Of a stretch of DNA of 64,000 bases, positions 20,083 through 30,026 are shown piece after piece (within the stretch, counting starts at the first letter, position 1; the number at the start of each line of letters is the position of its first letter). The DNA lies in the NCBI GenBank assembly GCA_964430885.1, contig CAYSHM010000009.1:38703-102702 (forward strand), written 5' to 3'. A program made the translations under genes and the position numbers. The notes under the pieces are model-generated. The model did no database searches, was not told the DNA's origin, and saw nothing but the letters and a program-made list of their open reading frames with translations. This DNA is from an uncultured archaeon (lineage in GTDB: Archaea > Thermoplasmatota > Penumbrarchaeia > JASLWR01).

Positions 20083-21369
20083 TTATAACCCCTCCATATC
20101 TAGATCAATATCATCCAACCATTCGTCATCCTTCTTTTCAGGCTCCGGAGCTGGCGGTGCTCCTACATTGGATCGAACCATTACCGAATCCTCTATCTCC
20201 ACATCCCCTCCACCTGCTACGTTAGAACGCTGCATGGTAGTCCCCTTTATGGTGGTCTTTCCGCCACTACCGCCAGCTGGAGGCGGTGCACCTGGTACTC
20301 CTCCTCCGCCAGATCCGATCTTGGACCTCTGGATAACTGAATCGCTTATGTGTGTGGACTGGTCCTGTATTAGACTGCCTATATTGATCTGAGTCTCTGT
20401 GCTCTTATCAGGTTTGTTGACTGTTATCCAATCCTGTCTCTTATAATTGAATCGATTACGCTGTTCATCGAAGAATACAGTTAGTATTTCAGCTGGAATT
20501 CTTCCAGCCTCGCTGGCTCTTAGACCAATTGTAACGGTTTCCTCTTCTCCAGCAGGTAAAACCCTTATGGGATCGATAGTACTGACGTCCATTGGCCCCT
20601 TGATCTCAACATGAATGTTGACAATAGAAACATCGGACCTATTAACAACACGGAGTCGAACCTGATCCCAGCTTTTGTACTCGACCTCTTCCTCTATGAT
20701 GTCAAGGAATACTTCCGGTGTGTTTTCAGCAGTCACTCCAGTGAAACCACCAGCCATGCCGGAGCTCTGTTTTCCTGATGGGTCAAGAACTGTGATCCAT
20801 TCATCGAGATAGGTTGGTATGTGCCTGTTGTCCATCTTGCTGTAGGCATCCACGGTAATTCTTATCTGGTTATCGCCTGCATTTTCAAACAATCCTACGG
20901 CTTTCACGGTAATATCATCCTTAGGCCCAAGCATGGATATGGTATCTATGTCCGTATTCACCTCAATATTGCCGTCGAATTCAATATTGATATCCTTGGC
21001 AGCAACATTCCCTCTATTCTTGATAGCTATCTCGAACTTTCGTTGTCTTCCTGCGACAAATATGTTGTTAAGGTTAGCATCAACAACAATATCAGGCATG
21101 CTCTTACCGACTTTGCTTTCGGCTGCCATGAGCGCCTGATCCGATAGTCTCTTTGCCTCATCATAGTTCATCTTCTCAAAGATACTATCAGCCTGGCGTA
21201 TCAACTCGTTAGATTCATCGAAGTTCAATCCAAATGAGGAATACTGGCTTAAATAAGAAGCAGCCTTGTTGTAGGAATCAAAGGCTTTCTCGAATCTCTC
21301 CTCCCGGGTATTGAAATCATGTTCCACGGCCTTGAGAATGTCCAAGGCTTTCTTGTAATTCTTGTTCAA
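20083..21369 (-). CDS. Cytoplasmic helical-repeat protein with two Ig-like (CARDB/NEW3-like) domains and a low-complexity tail
   Basis: TTG start with SD GGGGTGA; no signal peptide or TM; two IKNRG/VVNRS..I.+E+.G...V...I..L...G modules. Confidence 0.75.
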   Translation of the reverse strand: MNKNYKKALDILKAVEHDFNTREERFEKAFDSYNKAASYLSQYSSFGLNFDESNELIRQADSIFEKMNYDEAKRLSDQALMAAESKVGKSMPDIVVDANLNNIFVAGRQRKFEIAIKNRGNVAAKDINIEFDGNIEVNTDIDTISMLGPKDDITVKAVGLFENAGDNQIRITVDAYSKMDNRHIPTYLDEWITVLDPSGKQSSGMAGGFTGVTAENTPEVFLDIIEEEVEYKSWDQVRLRVVNRSDVSIVNIHVEIKGPMDVSTIDPIRVLPAGEEETVTIGLRASEAGRIPAEILTVFFDEQRNRFNYKRQDWITVNKPDKSTETQINIGSLIQDQSTHISDSVIQRSKIGSGGGGVPGAPPPAGGSGGKTTIKGTTMQRSNVAGGGDVEIEDSVMVRSNVGAPPAPEPEKKDDEWLDDIDLDMEGL

Positions 21370-22748
21370 CTGCTCACCCCCTTCAGGAGTTTCTTGGCTT
21401 TTTCAATCCTCTCCTCCAGATCATCGGTGATAAGCTTGTAGCTGGCCTTGGACCCAATTCTGTTCTCAAGCTCTTCCATGATCTTCTTAGCGGATTCGAA
21501 GTTTTCCACAGTTTCATTTCCATCGTTATAGGCGCTTCTAGCTTTTTCCCTCGCTTGATCGTAAACGCCCTTTGAAAAATAATCTTTAGCGCTGTCGTAA
21601 TTGGCCACTGAATTCTTATCTTTGGCCCCAAGTTTGTTCATCTTGTCTATTATATCGCTGGTCTTGTCAAGGAATTCCTTGGCTGTTGTGAACCTGTCCC
21701 TCAACTCTGTAGCATCTCTCTTAAGGTTAACGGCTTTGTCCTTGGCTTTGCCGAGATCGCCACTGTCCAGTATTTTCTCAAGTTTATTGATGGATGCCTC
21801 AAGTTCAGTTACCTTTGCATTTTCATTCTTGAGTGATTTTATTGTGCCGAATACCTCTACGATCTCCTTTGTGCTGGAATCCACCTTGGAAAAATATGAT
21901 TTCAAAGCATCATATATGGTTTGGAATGCCTCTTCCATCCTGTTCATTGCCCTATCATAACCCATACCTGTGAAGCTCCCTCCCCTTTTGGCCTTTTTCG
22001 CTTCAGTAAATTTATCATCAATGAGTTTCAGGTCTGCATTTTTGAATTCCTTTTTGACCTTGTTTCTCAGCTCCTTGAGCCTTTTGAAATCAACTGCAAT
22101 AGATTTTCTCCTAGATGTGATAGGTCTGATGAAATAGAATATTGCCATAATGACCACTATCACCAAAGGACCCACCCATGCAAAGGAAATCCCCGCATCA
22201 TTCATGAACACATATGACGCGACTGCAAGGGTCCAGGTGAGTGTACCTGAAAAGAGAGTGTGGAAGAATCCGGCCCCTGAACCGCGGTTGGTAAGTCCCA
22301 GGAAGGTCAGAAGTCCTCCCAAAAGAAAGATCATCTGGAAAAATCCTTCAGCATTGCCAAGGAGCGCGGCATTGTGAATAAGCCCGGTCTTTATCTCGTC
22401 AATTCCCTTTTCAGCTCCGATTATCATGGGACCGCAGAAGAAGATAAGACTTGCCATTGTCAGGATTATTACCCATCCTTTGGTGGCCTCCCTACTACTC
22501 CGCTTTGATATTCTCTGGACCAGAAAGAATAGTCCGATGATGGTTCCAAGAATTATCAAGGTCTCGATAATTCCGATCATGAACATCCAGCCAGTAGGCC
22601 TTAGTTTGTCCATCAAGGTACCGTGGTTCCCAGTCACAAAAACTCCGAATGCTGTATAGGCGAACATAACAGCTAACCCACCGGCAATTATTGCCCAGAA
22701 TAGAGTGCTTATTCCCCATTTAGATCTAAGATAGTTCACATGAATCAT
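21366..22748 (-). CDS. Multi-TM membrane protein with C-terminal helical repeats
   Basis: About six hydrophobic segments, then ~65-aa charged repeats; 4-nt overlap with the downstream gene. Confidence 0.75.
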   Translation of the reverse strand: MIHVNYLRSKWGISTLFWAIIAGGLAVMFAYTAFGVFVTGNHGTLMDKLRPTGWMFMIGIIETLIILGTIIGLFFLVQRISKRSSREATKGWVIILTMASLIFFCGPMIIGAEKGIDEIKTGLIHNAALLGNAEGFFQMIFLLGGLLTFLGLTNRGSGAGFFHTLFSGTLTWTLAVASYVFMNDAGISFAWVGPLVIVVIMAIFYFIRPITSRRKSIAVDFKRLKELRNKVKKEFKNADLKLIDDKFTEAKKAKRGGSFTGMGYDRAMNRMEEAFQTIYDALKSYFSKVDSSTKEIVEVFGTIKSLKNENAKVTELEASINKLEKILDSGDLGKAKDKAVNLKRDATELRDRFTTAKEFLDKTSDIIDKMNKLGAKDKNSVANYDSAKDYFSKGVYDQAREKARSAYNDGNETVENFESAKKIMEELENRIGSKASYKLITDDLEERIEKAKKLLKGVSS

Positions 22749-22971
22749 GCTAATTCTTCCCTGTTTTTTTCAAGAATAATTCAGATATGAAATAATGTAG
22801 AAACAAGGACAAGTATTTTTATTTTGCTTTTGTTTTCAAATGCCTGTTGAATTCACTGGTGAATTTAAAAAATTAAAAATTTGGTGGTTTTTCCTTCAAA
22901 ATCCCGCTTTTGAGGTTTTAATTGCCGTTCAATATTGAATAATCAATCATAATTCGCCAATGGTAATTCCT

Positions 22972-24000
22972 CTAGAAAGTAAGTATCTCATAATCCCATA
23001 GTATACTGTCACCGTTCTTGAGGATGAATTTGTCCGCTCCTACCATTGGGAGTTCCTCGTTCACCCAGAATTGCCAGTACTTACCTCCATCGCCATTGAT
23101 GTCAGGTCCTATTGAGTCCACAAGGGATGAATCGAATGATTCATAATAAGTATAGTTAAATTTCAGGTTGTTCCGGCGGCAGACATCCTTCAGTACGACA
23201 AATGCATTATTTTTCTCCATGTTGACAATATAGAAATCGGTTATCTCCCAATCATCACCTTTGAGGGTGATCTTAACGGATGATGAGTCAGGGTTCTCTG
23301 GCCACATTTCGCTCCTCTCTGGAACCCTGGCAGTAGTGCCTGTGAAAGATACAATGCATATTACTAGGGTTACTGCCACGACTAAGGCCTTCCGTGGGAT
23401 CGCAAATCTTTTCAGCTCGACAAACCCGACCTTGTTCTTGTACAGATATACCGCTGGCAGACCGATCAATATGAAGGTGAGGGCGCCGGAAACTGCATGA
23501 TATATCATGAATGGAAGTCCCGCAGCGAACACTGCTCTGAGATATCCCAATGTATGAGGATAAAGAAGGTACCACCATCCGATATTGGTCCAGACATCGT
23601 AGATCAGGGAAAGTCCAACGCCTATGCCTCCCACAATTGCAAATTCTTTGACTCCAAGTTTCTTAATCCATCCATCGATATTTTTCCGATTGAGTATGTT
23701 AATCAAGGCCATTATGGCAAAACCGGAATAGGTGAAGAGCACTATCCGGTTCATATCGCTCCCGATAAAAATCGGGTTTCCTATAAGAAGGTCGCTGATT
23801 ACCATGCAGATAAGGGGAATGAACCAGGAAATGGAGGGAATAAGGAGCATAGCTCCAATGAATGTTACCACCATTATCAGTTCGAAATTGGGGAATGGCT
23901 GAAGATTGTAATCAACCAGTAAAAAGCGCCCTAAACTGCCGATTATTATCAATATTAGAAGTAATATGCCTCGCTTGACGGTCAAATCCTTGTTCATCAT
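22972..24000 (-). CDS. ECF S-component-like (DUF6580/CbrT-like) transporter fused to DUF4430 (transcobalamin-like) domain
   Basis: PFPNF, ISDLLIG, TNIGWW and AGLPF in the TM part; VDSIG...KYWQFWVN...VGAD...LKNGDSILW.Y at the C-terminus. Confidence 0.72.
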   Translation of the reverse strand: MMNKDLTVKRGILLLILIIIGSLGRFLLVDYNLQPFPNFELIMVVTFIGAMLLIPSISWFIPLICMVISDLLIGNPIFIGSDMNRIVLFTYSGFAIMALINILNRKNIDGWIKKLGVKEFAIVGGIGVGLSLIYDVWTNIGWWYLLYPHTLGYLRAVFAAGLPFMIYHAVSGALTFILIGLPAVYLYKNKVGFVELKRFAIPRKALVVAVTLVICIVSFTGTTARVPERSEMWPENPDSSSVKITLKGDDWEITDFYIVNMEKNNAFVVLKDVCRRNNLKFNYTYYESFDSSLVDSIGPDINGDGGKYWQFWVNEELPMVGADKFILKNGDSILWDYEILTF

Positions 24001-24152
24001 TCACACCCTTTTTCCATAGATTGTCAAAATTTTTGAATCAATAAAGGTAATGTTCCAGTGTCATCAAAGGGAACTATTGTCCTGTATATATATTATTTTC
24101 TTTCCTGAATACAGCATATAGAACTGGAAATAATGGCCAATAAACTATTTGT

Positions 24153-24773
24153 CTACCAATATCTTTCCTCTTTCCAGGGGTCTCCGTGCATATGATAACC
24201 ATTCCTCTCCCAGAATCCTGCTCGATCTTTCTCCATGAATTCGATCCCTGTCACCCATTTGGCGCTCTTCCAGAAATACAATCTAGGAACTACAAGCCTT
24301 ACTGGAGCTCCATGGGGTGCATTAAGCGCCTTTCCGTTATGTGAAAACGCCAACAGGACATCTTCTTGAAAAAGATCAACCAATGGTATATTGGTAGTGA
24401 AATTCTCATGAGCATGGATCATTGCATATTTTGCTTTGGTGGATATCTTTACAAGATCCTTTATGGTCAGGGAACTGACCCCTTCCCAGTAATTATCCAG
24501 TAAAGACCATGTTGTTACACAGTGTATATCGGAAAACACTCTGGTCCTTGGCAGCTGGAAAAAATCCTTTTTGGTCAGTACAACCTCCCTATCCACAAGT
24601 CCGAATATCCTGAATGTCCATTTCGTATCAAGCCGGGGTATCCTGCCGTGGTGAAGGACTGGCCAATTATCAGCTAGATGCTGACCGGGCGGGATGCGGT
24701 TGGACCTTTTAGTGTCAGGACTAATGATAGTTCTCATTTTTTCCACCGGGTCAGTGTGAATGCTAAAATCCAT
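24153..24773 (-). CDS. Sulfite oxidase-like molybdopterin oxidoreductase (YuiH-like)
   Basis: RIPPGQ, DIHCVTTWS, HGAPVRLVVPRLYFWKSAKWV and GFWERNGYH. Confidence 0.92.
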   Translation of the reverse strand: MDFSIHTDPVEKMRTIISPDTKRSNRIPPGQHLADNWPVLHHGRIPRLDTKWTFRIFGLVDREVVLTKKDFFQLPRTRVFSDIHCVTTWSLLDNYWEGVSSLTIKDLVKISTKAKYAMIHAHENFTTNIPLVDLFQEDVLLAFSHNGKALNAPHGAPVRLVVPRLYFWKSAKWVTGIEFMEKDRAGFWERNGYHMHGDPWKEERYW

Positions 24774-24807
24774 ACTATGGTTATTGAATTAGCACTACAG
24801 GATATGA

Positions 24808-25491
24808 TTATTTTTGCTCAGAGTCATGGGTGGATAAAGTCTGGTTACTGTAATCGGGATTAGCTCCAGAGGGCGGAGCGGCTGAAGTTGGAGAAGCTGG
24901 AGCGAATGCTCCTGTGGTGCCTAGTCCCGCTTTCAATGCAGCCTGTTTCTGTTTTTGCTTTGATATTATCATGAAACCGACCATAAGTAAGGTGAATCCA
25001 ATGACGCATCCGCCTATCATTGCCGGCATGGCCCATGAATCACGGGTGTAAGGAGTAGTGATGTAGATCTGAGCATTTTGGGTAGCCCTGACGTTATATG
25101 ATCCCTTGCTGGGTGCATGAAAGGAACCGTATTTCACCCATTCTTCATATTCCGTCTCGTACCAATAATCCGATTCCATTATGCCTATCTCCTCATTCGT
25201 GGAAGTGGTAATGGTAACGGTTCCGGGTTCGTTGCTCTCAATTATATCGTATTCACCGTATTTGTTAACATACCATATCTGGTATTTCCCCTCGTCAAGC
25301 TGAACCGGTCTGGATGAAACCGAACTTACCGAAGGCGATGCAACAGCAAGATCATCTGGAGAACCCATGTGAATCACACCGAATACAATACCGAGAACAG
25401 CTATCAGAATACCGTCAATGATCATTGCAATGGCCAAGGTTTTGGCCAGTCCATCTTTCGAAAATTTTTTATTTCCCATGTCATCACCCAC
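24808..25491 (-). CDS. Hypothetical 2-TM membrane protein
   Basis: Two TM helices flanking a beta-rich loop; Ala/Pro-rich tail. Confidence 0.65.
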   Translation of the reverse strand: MGDDMGNKKFSKDGLAKTLAIAMIIDGILIAVLGIVFGVIHMGSPDDLAVASPSVSSVSSRPVQLDEGKYQIWYVNKYGEYDIIESNEPGTVTITTSTNEEIGIMESDYWYETEYEEWVKYGSFHAPSKGSYNVRATQNAQIYITTPYTRDSWAMPAMIGGCVIGFTLLMVGFMIISKQKQKQAALKAGLGTTGAFAPASPTSAAPPSGANPDYSNQTLSTHDSEQK

Positions 25492-25745
25492 TAGGAATAT
25501 GAGAATTATTGAATCATAGATAGTAATAAATAAGGTATTAGATTTGTATGAAAAAAGGGGTAAATATAACTTACGGTACTATATCATAAATCCACCCACA
25601 TACTCAACATAAAAAACCTTTTGCAACAAATAGTACAAACCCTAATATCTACATGCCGCCAAATCTGAATCCATGCAGGGTGCCAGTGAATTATCCCATT
25701 GTCATGACTTCCTATATACTTTTAAATAATACTTTATTCTATCTA

Positions 25746-26855
25746 ATGAACATGATTCTTCCTGAACTGCTTTCCGAAAATGAAAGGAATGTTCTCTACG
25801 GGTTGACAGTTTACCCCTATCTTAATGACCGGCAATTGGCCGAGAAGCTCGATTATAAGGTTTCAACCCTCACTTCGATTAAAAACCGGCTGAAGACCAA
25901 GGATTATTACAGGGAAGAAGCGGTACTGTCCTTTGGTAAAGTAGGTTTCAGGATACTTCAGTTCACTGTGGGATCCGGCCATTTACTGTCTCATGACGAA
26001 TTATTTGATGTTGTGAATGGTGTTGAGATAGATGAAGATAAGAGGACTATCTATCTCACCACGGAAGACAATAATTTTCTAATAATGACGGTTTTCAGAG
26101 ATTTCCATGAGGCCAAGAAATGGACTGGGGATATCCGGCAGCAGCTTCAGGATCGATACAAGAGATATGCAACCATTTCCTCTGTTCAATACCATATCCC
26201 GGATATCCTGGGCTTTTATCATCTGGAACATCAGAGAGCACTTGGGAGAATCCTTGGAATGAAGAAGAAGATGCCCCGTCCTGATCTATACTGGTTATGC
26301 GATCTGAAGCCGTTGAAAATGAGGAAACTTGAAAAAAAGGTACTTTTCGGTCTTGTCAGATATCCTGATATTCCTGATAACAAGATAAGCGAGAAGATCA
26401 ATGTGACCCGGCAGGCAATTTCAAGGGCCAAGTACAATTTCAGAAAAAGAAGGATGATCAGGAATTTTAATGTTCCCAATATGGAAAAACTGGGTACGGG
26501 CTTGTTCAGTTTCATAAGGATGAAATTGAGAAGTGATATTCGACCTGATGCTCTTAACGGTTTTATTTATACACTGATAAAAAAACTCACTCCTTCATCT
26601 TTGATATATGACAAATGCGAATGCTGCTGTATCTGTTATTTTGATGATATGAACGATCTGAGAGAACGAACCGTCATGCTCTTCAACAGCAGGTTAAAAA
26701 GCGTTTTGGGATCCGAACCCGATGAGGAAAAAATTGTGGTCAATAATATACTGTCGGGTCCACCCGTTACCAGCATCTTTTCATTAAAAAGGATGAAGAA
26801 TCACCATTCATTCAACAGCTCTTTGCCAATCGAAGGATTTCTGGAGATACAATGA
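25746..26855 (+). CDS. Tandem winged-HTH (Lrp/AsnC-like) transcription regulator
   Basis: Two homologous HTH units: ERNVLYGLTVYPYLNDRQLAEKL..KVSTLT and EKKVLFGLVRYPDIPDNKISEKINVTRQAIS. Start uncertain. Confidence 0.75.
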   Translation: MNMILPELLSENERNVLYGLTVYPYLNDRQLAEKLDYKVSTLTSIKNRLKTKDYYREEAVLSFGKVGFRILQFTVGSGHLLSHDELFDVVNGVEIDEDKRTIYLTTEDNNFLIMTVFRDFHEAKKWTGDIRQQLQDRYKRYATISSVQYHIPDILGFYHLEHQRALGRILGMKKKMPRPDLYWLCDLKPLKMRKLEKKVLFGLVRYPDIPDNKISEKINVTRQAISRAKYNFRKRRMIRNFNVPNMEKLGTGLFSFIRMKLRSDIRPDALNGFIYTLIKKLTPSSLIYDKCECCCICYFDDMNDLRERTVMLFNSRLKSVLGSEPDEEKIVVNNILSGPPVTSIFSLKRMKNHHSFNSSLPIEGFLEIQ

Positions 26856-28021
26856 AAACGAATAAAAGGGAACGCAAAAAGGTGACCATTGTATGGGCTA
26901 GGACAGTGCTGGAGGCGCGGCTTCTGAGAGTTGCCAATACTCTATCCGAAGACGGTTACAGCGTTAATGTATTTGCCTGGGACCGGGAAGCGCGAAAACC
27001 CGATATTGAGGGACATGAAAAGTTCAAATGTCATTATCTTCATATGAAATCGCCCTATGATTCGCCAGTTACATTTCTTCTTCTGCCCTTGTGGTGGTTT
27101 CTCAGTTTTATTTTTCTCATAAGGAACAGACCCAAAGCGGTGCATGCCTGTGATATGGATTGTTTTGTGCCTGCTTTGCTTTATTCCAAGATAACGGGAA
27201 GCAGTTTGATCTATGATATTTTTGATATTTACGGATCCATGGTGGAGGCTTCGGTTCCGTCTTTTGCTTCGCGTTTGCTGAAGTCAGTTGAAGGCTGGTG
27301 TGCCCAAAAGTCGGATGCCGTAATTATGGTTAACACATTTCAATACAAGGAATTAATGGAACCCGATATTCAGAGGAAGCTATTCCTTGTAAATAGTCCC
27401 CATGAGGTGGATATCAGGGAAGTGAGGAAAAGAGGCCGTGCCCTGAAAACAAGTCTGCCTGAAAAGAAGAAGCGGTCCACATTGATTTTTTTCGCTGGAA
27501 GTCTTCAATACAAGCGCCGTTTCGACCAGATGATCAAGGCTATTAAAGGTCTTGATGGTGTTCATCACATTGTGGCTGGTGCCGGTGCCGACGCGGATAG
27601 ATTGATACCCATGTTCCAGGGATCGGAGAACACCGATTATATCGGCCCTATATCCTTCGATGATGTACTGGCCTGGTCCAGTGTGGCGGATATAATCTAC
27701 GTCCTTTTCGACAACTCCGTCAAGAAGTACCGATGGGGTGCCCAGACCCGACTTTTCATAGGAATGATGCTTGGAACTCCGGTGCTGGTTACAGATGACA
27801 GTAATCCTGCTAGGATAATAAAGGAAGCCGGTGCTGGCTTTGCGGTGAAGGACGGTGATATAAAGGGTCTCAGAAAGGCAGTTAAAAAACTGGTGTCATC
27901 CCCCGCTACCCGAAAGAAGATGGGTGAGAGCGGGATGGCCGAATATAATAAAAAATATGCCTGGGGAGAGATGAAATATGAACTGCTGGACCTATATTCA
28001 GAGCTGATGGGGGATAAATAG
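26852..28021 (+). CDS. Glycosyltransferase family 4 (GT-B)
   Basis: VHACDMD, LIYDIFD, FFAGSL...R, M.LGTPVLVTD and AGFAV..GD. Confidence 0.85.
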   Translation: MKTNKRERKKVTIVWARTVLEARLLRVANTLSEDGYSVNVFAWDREARKPDIEGHEKFKCHYLHMKSPYDSPVTFLLLPLWWFLSFIFLIRNRPKAVHACDMDCFVPALLYSKITGSSLIYDIFDIYGSMVEASVPSFASRLLKSVEGWCAQKSDAVIMVNTFQYKELMEPDIQRKLFLVNSPHEVDIREVRKRGRALKTSLPEKKKRSTLIFFAGSLQYKRRFDQMIKAIKGLDGVHHIVAGAGADADRLIPMFQGSENTDYIGPISFDDVLAWSSVADIIYVLFDNSVKKYRWGAQTRLFIGMMLGTPVLVTDDSNPARIIKEAGAGFAVKDGDIKGLRKAVKKLVSSPATRKKMGESGMAEYNKKYAWGEMKYELLDLYSELMGDK

Positions 28022-28022
28022 A

Positions 28023-28493
28023 ATGGGTGAACCACCAGAGATGAAGGGCCGGAAGCGAACCTTGGCCGTATTGGGCATAATAGTGCTGATCATCTTACTG
28101 GGATTTATCGGTTACAAATACGTGATACCGCGTTTAGACCTGGAAGTGAAGGTGGTCTACAGGGAATCCCAGCTGGCGAATATCAATCTTACAGTGATCA
28201 TATCCAATGAGGGCAATACGGATGTTGATGATATCTGGGTCCGTGTAAACATGGACGATGAGAATGGCCGGACTATGGGCGAGATGAACAGAACATATCC
28301 AGGATTGTCTTCGGATTCAAGCAGGGATTTCGGCAGGAATTTGGTAGGCGATCAGGGCTTGGATCACATAATCAATGTCTCAATTTCCTTTGAACATGAC
28401 GGTAAGAGATTTTATAAGGATTGGTCTTTTGAGGAAAATGAGGAGATCATGCTTCTGGCCTTTGAAGAACGGATCAGCGATTGGTTCCCATGA
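28023..28493 (+). CDS. Hypothetical membrane-anchored Ig-like protein
   Basis: N-terminal TM; VIISNEGNTDVDDIWV CARDB-like strand pattern. Confidence 0.6.
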   Translation: MGEPPEMKGRKRTLAVLGIIVLIILLGFIGYKYVIPRLDLEVKVVYRESQLANINLTVIISNEGNTDVDDIWVRVNMDDENGRTMGEMNRTYPGLSSDSSRDFGRNLVGDQGLDHIINVSISFEHDGKRFYKDWSFEENEEIMLLAFEERISDWFP

Positions 28494-28496
28494 TAA

Positions 28497-30026
28497 TTAC
28501 AGGTTCACAGGCATCTTCTTTAGCCAATCCAGGTCGCTAATGTAGAGCTGTCTAATATCATCTAGACTGAGGAGCAGAAGTGCCAATCTCTCAAGACCTA
28601 AACCCCATGCCAATACAGGATCTTCTACATGGAAGGGTTCGAGTACCTCCGGCCTGAAAATTCCGCTTCCCCCAAGCTCAAGCCATTCTCCCTTGAACTT
28701 ACATTCCACGTCCATGCTCGGTTCGGTGTAGGGATAGTATGCGGGTCTGAACCTTATCTCTGTGAACCCCAACCGTTTGTAGAACTCAGCCAGGATCCCT
28801 TTGAGCATTTTAAATGATGCTTCTTTCTCAACGATGATCCCCTCTACCTGATGGAAAACAGGCAGGTGTGTCTTATCTATTGTCTCACGTCTGAAGACCG
28901 GTTCGATGGAGAATACCTTTATTGGAGGTACATTATTTTTTGAAAGATATCGGATGGTGTTGATGGTGGTGTGGGTTCTCAAAAGGGCCTTCTTTGATTC
29001 CTCCAGTGCCCATTCTCCGCCCCAACCTCTAGAATCCGTCCCGCCCCCGGTCTGGTGTATGTCCCTGACCTTGTTGACTATGTCATCGGCCGGAAGGTTC
29101 ATTGTAGAAGGTTCCTTAAGATAGAAGGTGTCCTGCATGTCTCTTGCGGGATGATCCTGGGGTATGAAAAGAGCATCCATATTCCAGAAAGTGGATTCCA
29201 CGTAATCTCCAGATATTTCGGTGAATCCCATGGTGAGGAAAACATCTCTGATTGTTTCCATGAGCCTTCTGAGGGGATTCATCTTTCCGCCGTGAACAGC
29301 TGGTGCGAAACTGTTAATATCATAGGGTCTGAGTTCAACCTGCCCCCATCTTCCATCCTGAAGCATTTCCGGGGTAAGCTGTCCTACCTGTTCCCTGATC
29401 TTCAAACCGAGATCGGCGATCTCCTTTCCTTTATCCGTCAACGATATCCTCCGCTCCACCTTCTCCTTTATCACAATGAAATCCTTTCTTCTATTAAGAA
29501 GGTCCAAGGTTCGGGGGTCTATACTGCTCTTCCCCACCTCGCCCTCTTTGGCAAGTTTTGATAGGAGGTTCTCGTCATCCCCTTTCTTTTTAAGGGCCTT
29601 CCTCCCCTTCTCGGTGAGCTTAAGGAGTGTGTCGTTTCCATCTTTGCTTATCTCCACCCATCCCTTTCTTCTCATCCATCCAATGGTAATGCCGCGCATG
29701 TTCTGAGGGATGGGTGCGGATGAATTGAATTGGTCCATGGGGATTACCCCCTTCATTTTCTTCATGAATTTCAATGCGGTTCTTTCCGGAAGATCTTTTT
29801 CTCCCAGTTGTTTCTTGGCAAGGGTGACCAATTCTGTGATTATCTCCTCCATCACCACCAGTCCCTTCATCTGAAGCCAGGATGCAGCATTCATGACGCT
29901 TACAATCCTCTGGAATCCTGCGTTTTTCCTGATATCCTCCGGACTGCTCTTGCCCATTTCAGACAGTGCAATTATCACCTGTTTCTCAGCATTGCTCAAT
30001 GATTCTCTTTCATCGGACATTTCCAT
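28497..30026 (-). CDS. pheS: Phenylalanine--tRNA ligase alpha subunit (archaeal long form)
   Basis: FWNMDALFIPQDHPARDMQDTF, LRTHTT, FRRE, FHQVEG, YPYTEPS and WGLGLERL. Confidence 0.97.
   Translation of the reverse strand: MEMSDERESLSNAEKQVIIALSEMGKSSPEDIRKNAGFQRIVSVMNAASWLQMKGLVVMEEIITELVTLAKKQLGEKDLPERTALKFMKKMKGVIPMDQFNSSAPIPQNMRGITIGWMRRKGWVEISKDGNDTLLKLTEKGRKALKKKGDDENLLSKLAKEGEVGKSSIDPRTLDLLNRRKDFIVIKEKVERRISLTDKGKEIADLGLKIREQVGQLTPEMLQDGRWGQVELRPYDINSFAPAVHGGKMNPLRRLMETIRDVFLTMGFTEISGDYVESTFWNMDALFIPQDHPARDMQDTFYLKEPSTMNLPADDIVNKVRDIHQTGGGTDSRGWGGEWALEESKKALLRTHTTINTIRYLSKNNVPPIKVFSIEPVFRRETIDKTHLPVFHQVEGIIVEKEASFKMLKGILAEFYKRLGFTEIRFRPAYYPYTEPSMDVECKFKGEWLELGGSGIFRPEVLEPFHVEDPVLAWGLGLERLALLLLSLDDIRQLYISDLDWLKKMPVNL

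Noticed and set aside
24001-24152. Cobalamin riboswitch upstream of the DUF4430 fusion
   Set aside because: Short, AT-rich, and no recognisable B12-box or stems.
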